Positions 1 to 9,463 of a stretch of DNA of 64,000 bases are shown here, in pieces (position 1 is the first letter of the stretch; the number at the start of each line of letters is the position of its first letter). The position numbers and the translations under genes were made by a program. The DNA is from an uncultured Eubacteriales bacterium (lineage in GTDB: Bacteria > Bacillota > Clostridia > Christensenellales > CAG-138), in the NCBI GenBank assembly GCA_902768795.1, contig CACXMS010000003.1, positions 42,816-106,815 of the forward strand, read 5' to 3'. A model generated the notes under the pieces. It made no database searches. It was not told the DNA's origin and saw only the letters and a list, made by a program, of their open reading frames with translations.

Positions 1-1644
1 CATACGCTGACCGACGCGCAGAAAAGCGCCGTCGAAACGATCCGGGAAGCGCGCATCGATCCCGTTCACAACACGGTTCTGCTGCACGGCGTGACCGGCA
101 GCGGAAAGACCGAGGTGTATCTGAGCGCAATTGAGGAATGCCTTGCCGACCGACGTCAGGCGATCGTGCTTGTTCCCGAAATTTCTCTGACGCCGCAGAC
201 CGTCGGCCGGTTCCGCGCTCGTTTCGGCGACCGCATCGCGGTGCTGCACAGCCGCCTGTCCGCCGGAGAACGGTTTGACGAATGGCGGCGGATCCGGCTC
301 GGGCTCGCCGACATCGCAATCGGCGCCCGCAGCGCGGTATTTGCGCCGATGGAACGGCTCGGGCTTATTCTCATTGACGAGGAGCATGAAAGCAGTTACC
401 AAAGCGAGAAGACGCCGCAGTACTCCGCGATCGACATTGCGGCGCAGCGGCTGAAGAATACGGGCGGAGCGCTTGTGCTCGGAAGCGCAACGCCGCAGCT
501 GATCTCCTACTATCGCGCCCTGTCCGGACGGTACCGGCTCTGCACATTGCCGGAGCGCGTTGCGGGGAGGCCTTTGCCCGAGGTTGAGATCGTCAATATG
601 CGCGACGAGTTTCTGCTCGGCAACAACAGCATTTTCTCCGACCGGCTCACGGAGCTGCTCGCCGAAACGTTTGCCAAAGGACAGCAGGCGATGCTGTTCA
701 TCAATCGGCGCGGGTATTCGACTTTCGTTTCCTGCCGGAATTGCGGGTACGTGCTCAAATGCGAAAACTGCGATATTTCGATGACCTACCATAAGGGCGA
801 GGGACGCACGCGCTGCCATTACTGCGGCAGCACCAAGCCGCTGCCGTCGGTCTGCCCGAGCTGCAAAAAACCGTTTCTGAAGCAATTCGGGCTCGGAACC
901 GAGCAGGTGGAAGAAACGCTGCACAAGCTGTTTCCTTCCGTGCGAAGTCTTCGGATGGACACGGATACAATGCGGGAAAAGGATTCCTATAACCGGATTC
1001 TCTCCGCTTTTTCCTCAGGGCAGGCGCAGGCGCTGATCGGCACGCAAATGATCGCCAAGGGACACGATTTCCCGAACGTCACGCTTGTCGGCGTAGTTGC
1101 CGCCGACACGACGCTGAATCTGCCCGACTACCGCTCGCCGGAACGCACGTTCCAGCTCCTCACGCAGGTTGCCGGGCGCGCCGGACGCGACGAAGCGCCG
1201 GGGCGCGTCGTTCTGCAGACCTACGCGCCGCAGCATCCGATCATCCGCTTCGCAAAGGAGCAGGATTATCCCGCGTTTTATCAGTACGAAATCGCGGAAC
1301 GCAAAAAGATGCTGTATCCCCCGTTCTCGCTGTTTCTGCGCGTCGTATTCGCCGACAAAAGCGAATCGACGGTTGCCAACGCCTGTCTTGCCTACGCAAA
1401 GGCGCTCGAAGCGGAGTTGAAAAAAGCGCTCGGGAGCGAGGGCGCGAACGACATTCTGCTGCTTGTGGCAGGGGAAGCGCCGATCTCCCGGATTGCCGGA
1501 CTTGTCCGCTATCAGCTCCTGATCAAACTGCTTCGCACCAAACGGCTCCCCGACGCGATCCGCACCGTTTACGGGTTCCACGCCGCGAATGAAAACGCCT
1601 GTATGGAAACGCAGCTGGAGATCAATCCGCAGGAGCTTTACTGA
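1..1644 (+). CDS. priA: Primosomal protein N' (5' end cut by window)
   Basis: Frame open from base 1; LLHGVTGSGKTEVY, DEEHE, two Zn-finger CxxC pairs, QVAGRAGR. Confidence 0.96.
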   Translation, partial: HTLTDAQKSAVETIREARIDPVHNTVLLHGVTGSGKTEVYLSAIEECLADRRQAIVLVPEISLTPQTVGRFRARFGDRIAVLHSRLSAGERFDEWRRIRLGLADIAIGARSAVFAPMERLGLILIDEEHESSYQSEKTPQYSAIDIAAQRLKNTGGALVLGSATPQLISYYRALSGRYRLCTLPERVAGRPLPEVEIVNMRDEFLLGNNSIFSDRLTELLAETFAKGQQAMLFINRRGYSTFVSCRNCGYVLKCENCDISMTYHKGEGRTRCHYCGSTKPLPSVCPSCKKPFLKQFGLGTEQVEETLHKLFPSVRSLRMDTDTMREKDSYNRILSAFSSGQAQALIGTQMIAKGHDFPNVTLVGVVAADTTLNLPDYRSPERTFQLLTQVAGRAGRDEAPGRVVLQTYAPQHPIIRFAKEQDYPAFYQYEIAERKKMLYPPFSLFLRVVFADKSESTVANACLAYAKALEAELKKALGSEGANDILLLVAGEAPISRIAGLVRYQLLIKLLRTKRLPDAIRTVYGFHAANENACMETQLEINPQELY

Positions 1645-1723
1645 TATCCGGCCGAAAGGCCCTATCCCCGTTTCTTTCGATCCGATCGAAAGAACTGAAA
1701 TTGCAATCAAAAGGAATTTTGTT

Positions 1724-3544
1724 ATGAAAAAACGATCTGATCAAAACCGGGCGCTGGTCATGGATGCGCTGCGCGGCTCGAAGTGGCGGCTGCTGCTTGC
1801 CGCGGTCGAGGTGATTTTAGCAATCCTCGCGCTGTACTGCACCTCCTATGTGACCAGCTATGCGCTCGATTATGTTCTTCTCGGAGAGGATCCCTCGCTT
1901 CCCGACTGGCTGTTTTCGTTTCTGACCGCGCACAGCGACGTCACCAAAACCTTCTGGTTCTGCGCGCTGATGCTGATCCTGTTTACGGTTCTGAACGGCT
2001 GGTTTACCTTTGTGCGGCGCAGGAACGTTTCGCTTGCCTCCGAGCAGATGGCAAAGAAGATGCGCGACGTTCTGTACCGTCATCTCAACGCAGTCCCCTA
2101 TGACTACCACAAACACATCAGCACCGGCGATCTGGTCCAGCGCTGCACCTCGGACGTGGACACGGTCCGGCGGTTCATTTCCAATCAGCTGATGGAAATC
2201 GTCCGCATCATCGTGATGTTTGTAACGGCGCTCGTCATGATGCTGCTGATCCATCCGCAGATGGCGCTGATCTCGATGGTGACGCTGCCGATCCTTTCCG
2301 TGCTGAGCTTTCTGTATTTCCGTTTCGTCCGGAAATACTTTACCGAAGCGGATGAGGCCGAAGGCGCGCTCTCCACGGCGATCCAGGAAAATCTGACCGG
2401 CGTGCGCGTCGTCCGGGCTTTCGGACAGCAGCGCGCGGAATACGATAAGTTCACGAAACTGAACGCCGATTTTCGCAAAAAGAACCTGTTTCTGAACCGG
2501 TTGATGGCGTATTACTGGAGCGGCTCGGACGCGATCGGCTATCTGCAGATCGCCCTGACGCTGGTGTTCGGCGTACTCTTCTATGCCCGAACGCACGGCA
2601 CGCCAGACGCCTTTACGCTCGGCAATATCTACCTGTTCGTTTCTCTGACCAACCGTCTGACCTGGCCGGTGCGCCAGCTCGGCAGAATCCTTGCCGATCT
2701 CGGCAAAGCGACCGTTTCGCTGAACCGTCTGAATGAAATCTTAAACGCCGCAGCCGAGCAGGAGCCCGGAAAAGCGCTTAAGGACGTGAACACGGAAGGC
2801 GACATCACGTTCGAGCACGTCTGCTTCGGGTACGACGCGCCGAACGACGTGCTGGACGATATCAGCTTTACGGTTCATGCGGGACAGACCGTTGCGATCC
2901 TCGGCAGTACCGGCAGCGGCAAAAGCTCGCTCGTGCAGCTGATGCAGCGGCTCTACCCGACGACCTCCGGGACGATTTCCATCGGCGGGACGCCGATCAA
3001 CGACATTGATCACGAAACGCTTCGCCGGAATATCGCGATCGTGCTGCAGGAGCCGTTTCTCTATTCGCGGACGATTCGTGAGAACATCAAGCTCGTCCGG
3101 CCCGAAGCCACGGATGAGGAGATGTATGCCGTCGCAAAAGAAGCCGCGGTGCACGACGTGATCATGCAGTTTGCCGACGGGTACGATACGGTCGTCGGCG
3201 AGCGCGGCGTAACGCTTTCCGGCGGTCAGCAGCAGCGCGTTGCGATCGCCCGCGCGCTCATGCAGGACGCGCCGATCCTGATCTTCGACGACTCGATGAG
3301 CGCCGTCGATACTGAAACCGACGCGAAAATCCGGGAATCCCTGCGCGCGCGGCGCGGAAAAGGCATTCTGTTTTTGATCTCGCACCGCATCACAACCCTC
3401 TGCGAAGCGGATGTGATTCTCGTTCTCGAGCACGGAAAGCTGGTGCAGATGGGTACGCACGCGCAGTTGATGCAGCAGGACGGCCTGTATCGCCGCATCG
3501 CGGAAATTCAGGACGTCCCGCAGAAAGGAGGTGAAGTCGCATGA
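1724..3544 (+). CDS. ABC exporter, fused permease/ATPase (heterodimer half, degenerate Walker B)
   Basis: N-terminal TMD; GSTGSGKS, LSGGQQQR, ILIFDDSMSAVD; ATG at 1724 after AAGGA. Confidence 0.92.
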   Translation: MKKRSDQNRALVMDALRGSKWRLLLAAVEVILAILALYCTSYVTSYALDYVLLGEDPSLPDWLFSFLTAHSDVTKTFWFCALMLILFTVLNGWFTFVRRRNVSLASEQMAKKMRDVLYRHLNAVPYDYHKHISTGDLVQRCTSDVDTVRRFISNQLMEIVRIIVMFVTALVMMLLIHPQMALISMVTLPILSVLSFLYFRFVRKYFTEADEAEGALSTAIQENLTGVRVVRAFGQQRAEYDKFTKLNADFRKKNLFLNRLMAYYWSGSDAIGYLQIALTLVFGVLFYARTHGTPDAFTLGNIYLFVSLTNRLTWPVRQLGRILADLGKATVSLNRLNEILNAAAEQEPGKALKDVNTEGDITFEHVCFGYDAPNDVLDDISFTVHAGQTVAILGSTGSGKSSLVQLMQRLYPTTSGTISIGGTPINDIDHETLRRNIAIVLQEPFLYSRTIRENIKLVRPEATDEEMYAVAKEAAVHDVIMQFADGYDTVVGERGVTLSGGQQQRVAIARALMQDAPILIFDDSMSAVDTETDAKIRESLRARRGKGILFLISHRITTLCEADVILVLEHGKLVQMGTHAQLMQQDGLYRRIAEIQDVPQKGGEVA

Positions 3545-5403
3545 GTATGGACAATGAGCAGGATTTTCAGGGACAAAAAGTGGATCTGAAGCTTTGGAAG
3601 CGGCTCTTCGGCTATGCGCTTCGCAACAAAAAGCAGTTGACTCTGATCATACTCTCGCTGGTTTTCGTCGCCGTCATCGACGCGCTCTATCCGTTTCTGA
3701 CGCGCTATGCGATCGATACGTTCGTCAACCCCGGCGGTACGCCGACTACGGACGGAATCTGGCTGTTCGGCGCGATTTACGCGGTTCTTGTGATCGCGCA
3801 GTCATTCGCAACAATGACGTTTATCAAGCGATCCGGCGAAATCGAAATGGCGATGTCGTACGATATCCGACAGGAAGCATTCTGGCACCTGCAGAATCTT
3901 TCCTTCTCGTTTTATGACAAAACCTCCGTCGGGTACCTGATGGCGCGCATGGTCAGCGATATCGGGCGCATCAGCGAACTGATCTCCTGGAGCATGGTCG
4001 ACATCTTCTGGTCGTCCTTCTATATTCTGTTCTCGGTCGTCATGATGTTCGTCTTCAACTGGAAGCTGACGCTGATCGTGCTTGCCGTGATTCCGCCGCT
4101 TGCCGTTGTGAGCTATGTGCTCCAAAAAGCGATCCTGAAATACCAGCGTGCCGCGCGCAAGCAGAACAGCCGCATCACCGGCGCGTTCAACGAAGGGATC
4201 ATGGGCGCCATGACAACCAAGACGCTGGTGCGGGAAGAAGCGAACGCGGCCGAGTTTGAAGCGATCTCGACCGATATGAAGAAGGCATCCGTAAAAGCCC
4301 AGGTGCTTTCCGCGGTGTTCTTCCCCCTCATCATCTCGCTGAGCGCCATCGCTACCGCAGCCGCACTGCTGCTCGGCGGCGCGGGCGTAAACGCGACGCT
4401 TCTCGGAACGACCACATTCCTCGGCGCGATCACCGCGGGAACGCTCGTTTCGTTCATCACCTACGCTTCGGGGCTGTTCGATCCGATCCAGAACCTTGCC
4501 GGCATCTTTGCGGAAATGCAGAGCGCGCAGGCAAGTGCGGAGCGCGTGATCGGGCTGCTCGATACGAAATCCGACATTTCCGATACGCCCGAGGTCACGG
4601 AGCGTTACGGAACGACGATGGATCCGAAGCGGGAGAACTGGGAACCGCTCGCGGGCGATATCGAATTCCGGCATGTGGATTTCTACTATAAGGAAAGCGA
4701 ACCGCTGCTGAGCGATTTCAACCTGCACATTCACCCCGGCGAAACGGTTGCGCTCGTCGGCGAGACCGGCGCGGGCAAAAGCACGATCGTCAACCTGACC
4801 TGCCGCTTCTACGAACCCGTTTCGGGCAGCATTCTCATTGACGGCAGGGATTACCGCGAACGTTCGGAGCTTTGGCTCCAGTCGAACCTCGGCTATGTGC
4901 TTCAGCAGCCGCATCTGTTCTCCGGAACGATCCGGGACAACATCCGTTTCGGCCGGCCCGACGCCTCGGATGAGGAGGTCGCCGCAGCCGCAAGGATGGT
5001 CCATGCCGACGAGTTTATCCTCCGGCAGACAAAGGGATACGACACCGAAGTCGGCGAAGGCGGCGCACGTCTTTCGACCGGACAGAAGCAGTTGATTTCG
5101 TTCGCGCGCGTGATCCTTGCCAATCCGCAGATCTTTGTGCTCGACGAGGCGACAAGCTCGATCGATACCGAAACGGAACAGATCATTCAAAGCGCGATCA
5201 CAACCGTTCTGGAAGGGCGAACCAGCATCGTCGTCGCGCACCGTCTCTCGACGATCCGAAACGCCGACCGCATCTTGGTCATCCGCAACGGTTCGATCGC
5301 CGAAGCGGGCACGCATGACGATCTGCTTGCGCTCGGCGGGTACTATCACGACCTGTACGTCCACCAGTTCCGCGAGGATGCGCTCGCGCAGGCATTAGAA
5401 TAA
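3541..5403 (+). CDS. ABC exporter, fused permease/ATPase (second heterodimer half)
   Basis: GETGAGKS, LSTGQKQ, LDEATS; ATGA overlap with upstream gene, AGGAGG RBS. Confidence 0.92.
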   Translation: MSMDNEQDFQGQKVDLKLWKRLFGYALRNKKQLTLIILSLVFVAVIDALYPFLTRYAIDTFVNPGGTPTTDGIWLFGAIYAVLVIAQSFATMTFIKRSGEIEMAMSYDIRQEAFWHLQNLSFSFYDKTSVGYLMARMVSDIGRISELISWSMVDIFWSSFYILFSVVMMFVFNWKLTLIVLAVIPPLAVVSYVLQKAILKYQRAARKQNSRITGAFNEGIMGAMTTKTLVREEANAAEFEAISTDMKKASVKAQVLSAVFFPLIISLSAIATAAALLLGGAGVNATLLGTTTFLGAITAGTLVSFITYASGLFDPIQNLAGIFAEMQSAQASAERVIGLLDTKSDISDTPEVTERYGTTMDPKRENWEPLAGDIEFRHVDFYYKESEPLLSDFNLHIHPGETVALVGETGAGKSTIVNLTCRFYEPVSGSILIDGRDYRERSELWLQSNLGYVLQQPHLFSGTIRDNIRFGRPDASDEEVAAAARMVHADEFILRQTKGYDTEVGEGGARLSTGQKQLISFARVILANPQIFVLDEATSSIDTETEQIIQSAITTVLEGRTSIVVAHRLSTIRNADRILVIRNGSIAEAGTHDDLLALGGYYHDLYVHQFREDALAQALE

Positions 5404-5507
5404 GAAAAAACATCCGAAGCTTCAAACAGTGCATCGGTAAACTAAAAGTAGACACTGAAAAGTGCCTACTTTTCTTGTATAATGGAGAAAACAAAGGAGG
5501 AAAGGAA

Positions 5508-5591
5508 ATGGGAAAGAAAGGCGTACCGCATCGTAAGTTCAGCAAAGAAGAAAAGCTGAAGATCATAAAGGAGCATTTAGAGAAACATCTC
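5508..5591 (+). pseudogene. IS3-family OrfA N-terminal stub
   Basis: MGKKGVPHRKFSKEEKLKIIKEHLEKHL after strong RBS and ctgaaa-17-tataat promoter. Confidence 0.7.
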
Positions 5592-6398
5592 TTCCGACGC
5601 TTCAAAGCCCGCCTGTTTCAAAATGTTTCCCGCGAGTTCTCCTATCGATCCCGCCTCCCCGACTTTGAACAGCTTTTCGATACTGAGCTCTTCGAACAGC
5701 ATTTCGAGCACACCTGCTGCAATCGCTGTCTTCTGCGCTTTGTCGTAGCTGAGACCGCGATCCAGTGCTTCCCTTAATTCCGAGTTGTACGCGGATCCGC
5801 CGAGGGCCGCGCCTCCAAGCCCCGGGATAGCTTTTGACATGAATGCTGCCGCTGTGCTGTCGAGAATAGACATTGCGGTTCCATATGCAAACTGGCCTTC
5901 GCCCGTCCAGTCCTCTTGCCGGTGCTCCCGGACTAGGTTTCCAGCATCAAGCCCGTATGCCTCCAGTTTCCCAGTTTCGTGACCGTAGATTGCATTTTGT
6001 ATGTTATGCTGCGAACCATATATCCCGCTGAGTATATTCAGTGGCACAGTTGCAAGATCTGATAGTACCGGATACTGATTCGCGAATCTTCGGTGTCCCA
6101 TCGTCGTTCACGATCTTACTGCCCGTGAACCATGCCCTAAACTGACGGGTTTCCGTCTGATCGTGAATGTTCTGCTTGACAGGTGAGCCTTGATCTGTTA
6201 TTCTATGAATGACTCCATTGGGAATGGTCACTCCGTGATAAAGCACGGCGCCGCCAATCACTGATCGGAGTCTATTTTTTTCAGATAAAATACTCTGATA
6301 TTTTCATTGCTATCTTTCTTTATCGCTGCCGCCAAAACCTTGATTGAATCGTCTCTCCCATGTACCGATTTTACCTTTTGAGCATCGATTACCACTTT
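5590..6398 (-). pseudogene. Two fragments of a phage/MGE large polyvalent (MuF-C/ART-PolyVal-like) protein gene
   Basis: SVHGR..VFYLKK..GVIHRITDQGSPVK..TETRQFRAWF..SKIVNDDGTPK, and AAGVLEMLFEELSIEKL..LKQAGFEASEE; recognised by recalled similarity only. Confidence 0.55.
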
Positions 6399-6503
6399 CC
6401 GAAACTGTTGGACGAATATGTTCACTACTTCAACGAGCAGCGGCTCGCCGCTGCTCTGGACTACAAAAGCCCGATCCAGTACCATGCCGAATCGGGCTTC
6501 TGA
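6399..6503 (+). pseudogene. IS3-family OrfB transposase C-terminal stub
   Basis: PKLLDEYVHYFNEQRLAAALDYKSPIQYHAESGF*, resembling the YxxFYNxxR..L.YKSP tail of IS3 transposases, just inside the right IR. Confidence 0.75.
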
Positions 6504-6573
6504 CAATTATTCTTTTTCACTGTCTACTTTTACTTGACAAGTGTACGAAGCTTCAAACAGCTCCGGATGTTTT

Positions 6574-8427
6574 TTACAGGAACAGCGCGGCGATGCGGTA
6601 AACCAGCCCCGCAAGCAACAGCGCGCCGAAAAAGTAAAACAGCGCGAAGCGGATCGTCCATCGGACCGAATGCGATTCCCGCAGCGTCGCGGATAACGCC
6701 ATGACGCACGGTACCTGAAACGTGCAGGCGAACAGAAACGCGGCCGCTTCCGCTTTGGATACCGTCTGCGCCATTGCGTAAGCGAGCGCCGTGCCGTCGC
6801 CAATCGCCGCATCCGCGTCGAACGCTGCATCGACAAGAGAGCTTTGACCGAGGAACGCCGCGTTCAGTGTGCCGAGAACCGCTTCCTTTGCAAAAGCGGC
6901 GCTTAAAAAGCCCATGAACGTCTGCCAGCCCAGCCCGAACGCCCTTGTGACCGGCTCTGAAAACACCCCGATGCGGTACAGCAGACTGTCCTCCGCACTG
7001 CCGCTTACGCTGAACGTGAGCGCCCAGAAGATCAGCGAGACAAGCGTAACCGTAATCAAAGACCGCAAAAAGATATCCCACGCCTTATGAAACGACTCCT
7101 CGAGCACCTGAAGCAAATGCGGTCTGTGGTACGGCGGCAGTTCCATAATCATGCCGCAGCGCAGCGTTTTCGGCGTCAGCTGCGGGCGAAAAATCCATGC
7201 GGCAAGCGCAGCCATCAGGACCGTGCAGAGGATGATTGCCGCGCACAGGAGAAAGGTTTCCATCGGCGTGAAGAACATCCGCGCAACCACCGGAACAACG
7301 CCCCACGTTGCGCTGCACGGAACCGCCCAAACGACCGCCATCGTCAGCAGTCTCTGTCCCGGATCGTCCATGACGCGCGTTCCGAACGCGCCGCCGACCG
7401 TACAGCCGAATCCCATCAGAATCGGGCATATCGCTTTTCCCTGCAGGCCGATCCGGGACAACAGACCGTCGAACTGGAACGCAACGCGGGCGAGAAACCC
7501 GATTTGTTCAAGGAGCCCGAGCACGAGACTGACGCCGAACACATACCCGGTCATCGAAACGGAGAAGCAAAGAACATTCGGCAGCAGCTGACTGAAAACG
7601 GATACAATCCACGGATGAACGCCCCAACCGGAAAGCATCCGCCCGATCGGCTCACGCAGAAGTTTCGGAATCGCCGAGCCGAGCGACGACATCGGCGTTC
7701 CGATCAGCATCGCCATGCCAAGCGCTGCCAGTATGATCGCAACCGTCAGCAGCTTCCCTGCGATCGGGGCCGTTGCGATCCGGTCGAACGCGCATAGTCC
7801 GAACGGGCGCGTTCGCTGCACGACAGCGCCGTCAAGGATCGATCGAATCCAGCGATATTTTGCGTCGCCGTCCGAAAGCACGTCGCTCCCGCGCTCCCGC
7901 TGCAAAGCAGCCGGCGCCGTTTTCAGCCGATGCGGCGCTTTCAGCTCCTTTGCCAGAAGCGCCTTTAAGCGGTCGTATCCCGCTTCCTTTGCCGCTACAA
8001 ACGGGAGAACCGGAATGCCGAGGCGCTGTTCGAGAAGGCGTGCGTCGATCGTTTTCCCCTGTGCTTTTGCAACATCCATCATGTTCAGCAGCAGAATGGC
8101 CGGAACGCCGAGCGGCGCGAATTCCGCCGTCATATACATGCTGCGCTCCAGCTGCGACGCATCGATCAGAATGCACACGAGGTCGGCCTGCCCGCTCCGA
8201 ATGAAGGACGCGGTGATTTGCTCCTCCTCCGATACGCCGGTCAGACCGTAGCTTCCCGGAAGATCCGTTACCGTATAGCGGACGCCGTCATACTCGAAAC
8301 TGCCGTCGTTTTTCTCCACCGTCTTCCCGGGCCAGTTGCCGACGTGACGGTGGAGCCCCGTCAACATATTGAACACCGTCGATTTGCCGGAATTCGGCTG
8401 ACCGAGAAGCGCAATCCTTGTTTTCAT
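6574..8427 (-). CDS. feoB: Ferrous iron transporter B
   Basis: GQPNSGKS, VGNWPGKTVE, DLPGSY, NMMD, GFGC, MELPPY. Confidence 0.95.
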   Translation of the reverse strand: MKTRIALLGQPNSGKSTVFNMLTGLHRHVGNWPGKTVEKNDGSFEYDGVRYTVTDLPGSYGLTGVSEEEQITASFIRSGQADLVCILIDASQLERSMYMTAEFAPLGVPAILLLNMMDVAKAQGKTIDARLLEQRLGIPVLPFVAAKEAGYDRLKALLAKELKAPHRLKTAPAALQRERGSDVLSDGDAKYRWIRSILDGAVVQRTRPFGLCAFDRIATAPIAGKLLTVAIILAALGMAMLIGTPMSSLGSAIPKLLREPIGRMLSGWGVHPWIVSVFSQLLPNVLCFSVSMTGYVFGVSLVLGLLEQIGFLARVAFQFDGLLSRIGLQGKAICPILMGFGCTVGGAFGTRVMDDPGQRLLTMAVVWAVPCSATWGVVPVVARMFFTPMETFLLCAAIILCTVLMAALAAWIFRPQLTPKTLRCGMIMELPPYHRPHLLQVLEESFHKAWDIFLRSLITVTLVSLIFWALTFSVSGSAEDSLLYRIGVFSEPVTRAFGLGWQTFMGFLSAAFAKEAVLGTLNAAFLGQSSLVDAAFDADAAIGDGTALAYAMAQTVSKAEAAAFLFACTFQVPCVMALSATLRESHSVRWTIRFALFYFFGALLLAGLVYRIAALFL

Positions 8428-8645
8428 TCGGCGCGAACCTTAATTCTCTGTGCGTCAGGTCGGTTCAGGGCGATCAGCGTCTCCCGGCAATACAGCAGCA
8501 CGGGCATTTTTCCGTCATTTCGAACCAACTGAAACCGAACGCCTTTTGTCAATCCGATCCCCGTGACGCGATTCAGAAAGCGCGCGTCGCCGCTGACGCC
8601 TGTGACGACTCCGAATCCGCCTGCCTGCATTTGGGTCAAGTTCAT
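8424..8645 (-). CDS. feoA: Ferrous iron transport protein A
   Basis: 73-aa FeoA-like sequence overlapping feoB start. Confidence 0.9.
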   Translation of the reverse strand: MNLTQMQAGGFGVVTGVSGDARFLNRVTGIGLTKGVRFQLVRNDGKMPVLLYCRETLIALNRPDAQRIKVRAE

Positions 8646-8772
8646 TCCTTTCCCTCCGTTCGTTCTACAAACAGCTTATTCCGCACAGGCGGCGGAAAGA
8701 ATCTTTCCATGCGAACCGCGCTCCGAAGTTGCCGCCGGGTAAAGTAAATTCTGTAAAAAGCGAAAAAAATGC

Positions 8773-8801
8773 TTGCATTTATCAACCGTATTCGCTATAA
8801 T
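8773..8801 (+). promoter_or_regulatory. sigmaA promoter of tRNA-Thr
   Basis: TTGCAT-17-TATAAT. Confidence 0.75.
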
Positions 8802-8812
8802 AATCGGTGCGT

Positions 8813-8889
8813 GCTGATGTAGCTCAGTTGGTAGAGCGCGTCATTGGTAATGACGAGGTTCATGGGTCCGACTCCCATCATCAGCTCCA
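8813..8889 (+). tRNA. tRNA-Thr(GGT)
   Basis: Acceptor gctgatg/catcagc, anticodon stem cgtca/tgacg with loop TTGGTAA, encoded CCA; T-loop TCCGACT is atypical. Confidence 0.9.
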
Positions 8890-8891
8890 CG

Positions 8892-8922
8892 AAAAAACCA
8901 CTCCATGCGGAGTGGTTTTTTT
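8892..8922 (+). terminator. Intrinsic terminator after tRNA-Thr
   Basis: aaaaaaccactcc atgc ggagtggtttttt. Confidence 0.8.
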
Positions 8923-9261
8923 GTGCTGTAAATCAAAGGGAGTCAGCTGAGCGGCCGCCGAAAGCCGCAGTGCGGCCTTCGGCAGCGAAGTGGGTTTGCG
9001 GTTCTTTTTCGTCTGAAATCGGCGCGGAAACTTCTCTTTTTTGCTTGACAATTATGTCTTCATCTTGTAAAACACAAATAAAGCATCGGAACTGTGGGAC
9101 TTGGGCAATTGTAGCCCCGGTGACAGCAGATTTTCGGTGTTTTTTCTATGAAAAAACTTTCTGTCCGAGGCTGTATTTGAGAAAAGTCGGCAGCGAAGTG
9201 GTTTTGCGGCGAGGCGGCTTGCGATGCGCGGGCGTGAGCAAGCTTGCCGATCCGTCGCAAA

Positions 9262-9288
9262 CGACTCCCATCATCAGCTCCACGAAAA
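9262..9288 (+). repeat. 27-bp duplication of tRNA-Thr 3' end (att-like)
   Basis: cgactcccatcatcagctccacgaaaa identical to 8869-8895. Confidence 0.9.
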
Positions 9289-9463
9289 GCCCGGTGTTCC
9301 GGGCTTTTTTCGTATCATGTCCATTTTCTTGTCCAAAATTGCATTTTTAACGTAATAAATTTGGCGGGGCGCATTGCCCCGCCGCAGTGCTTTCAATTTT
9401 TTCTTTTTTCAGCAAATGATGTGCAAAAAACAGGGCCGCGGGCGGAGCCGCGGTCCCGGACTG

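Larger units (their letters stand above)
5430..6545 (+). mobile_element. IS3-family-derived non-autonomous element with replaced interior
   Basis: Imperfect ~32-bp terminal IRs (tgcatcggtaaactaaaagtagacactgaaaa vs rc tacacttgtcaagtaaaagtagacagtgaaaa); flanking 15-bp direct repeat cgaagcttcaaacag at 5415-5429 and 6546-6560; OrfA and OrfB stubs. Confidence 0.82.

Noticed and set aside
5475-5777. 100-aa ORF as an intact IS OrfA
   Set aside because: Only the first ~28 residues from 5508 look like OrfA; the rest is read-through into antisense cargo
8646-8770. Fur box or metal riboswitch upstream of feoA
   Set aside because: No convincing GATAATGATAATCATTATC-like palindrome or known aptamer visible
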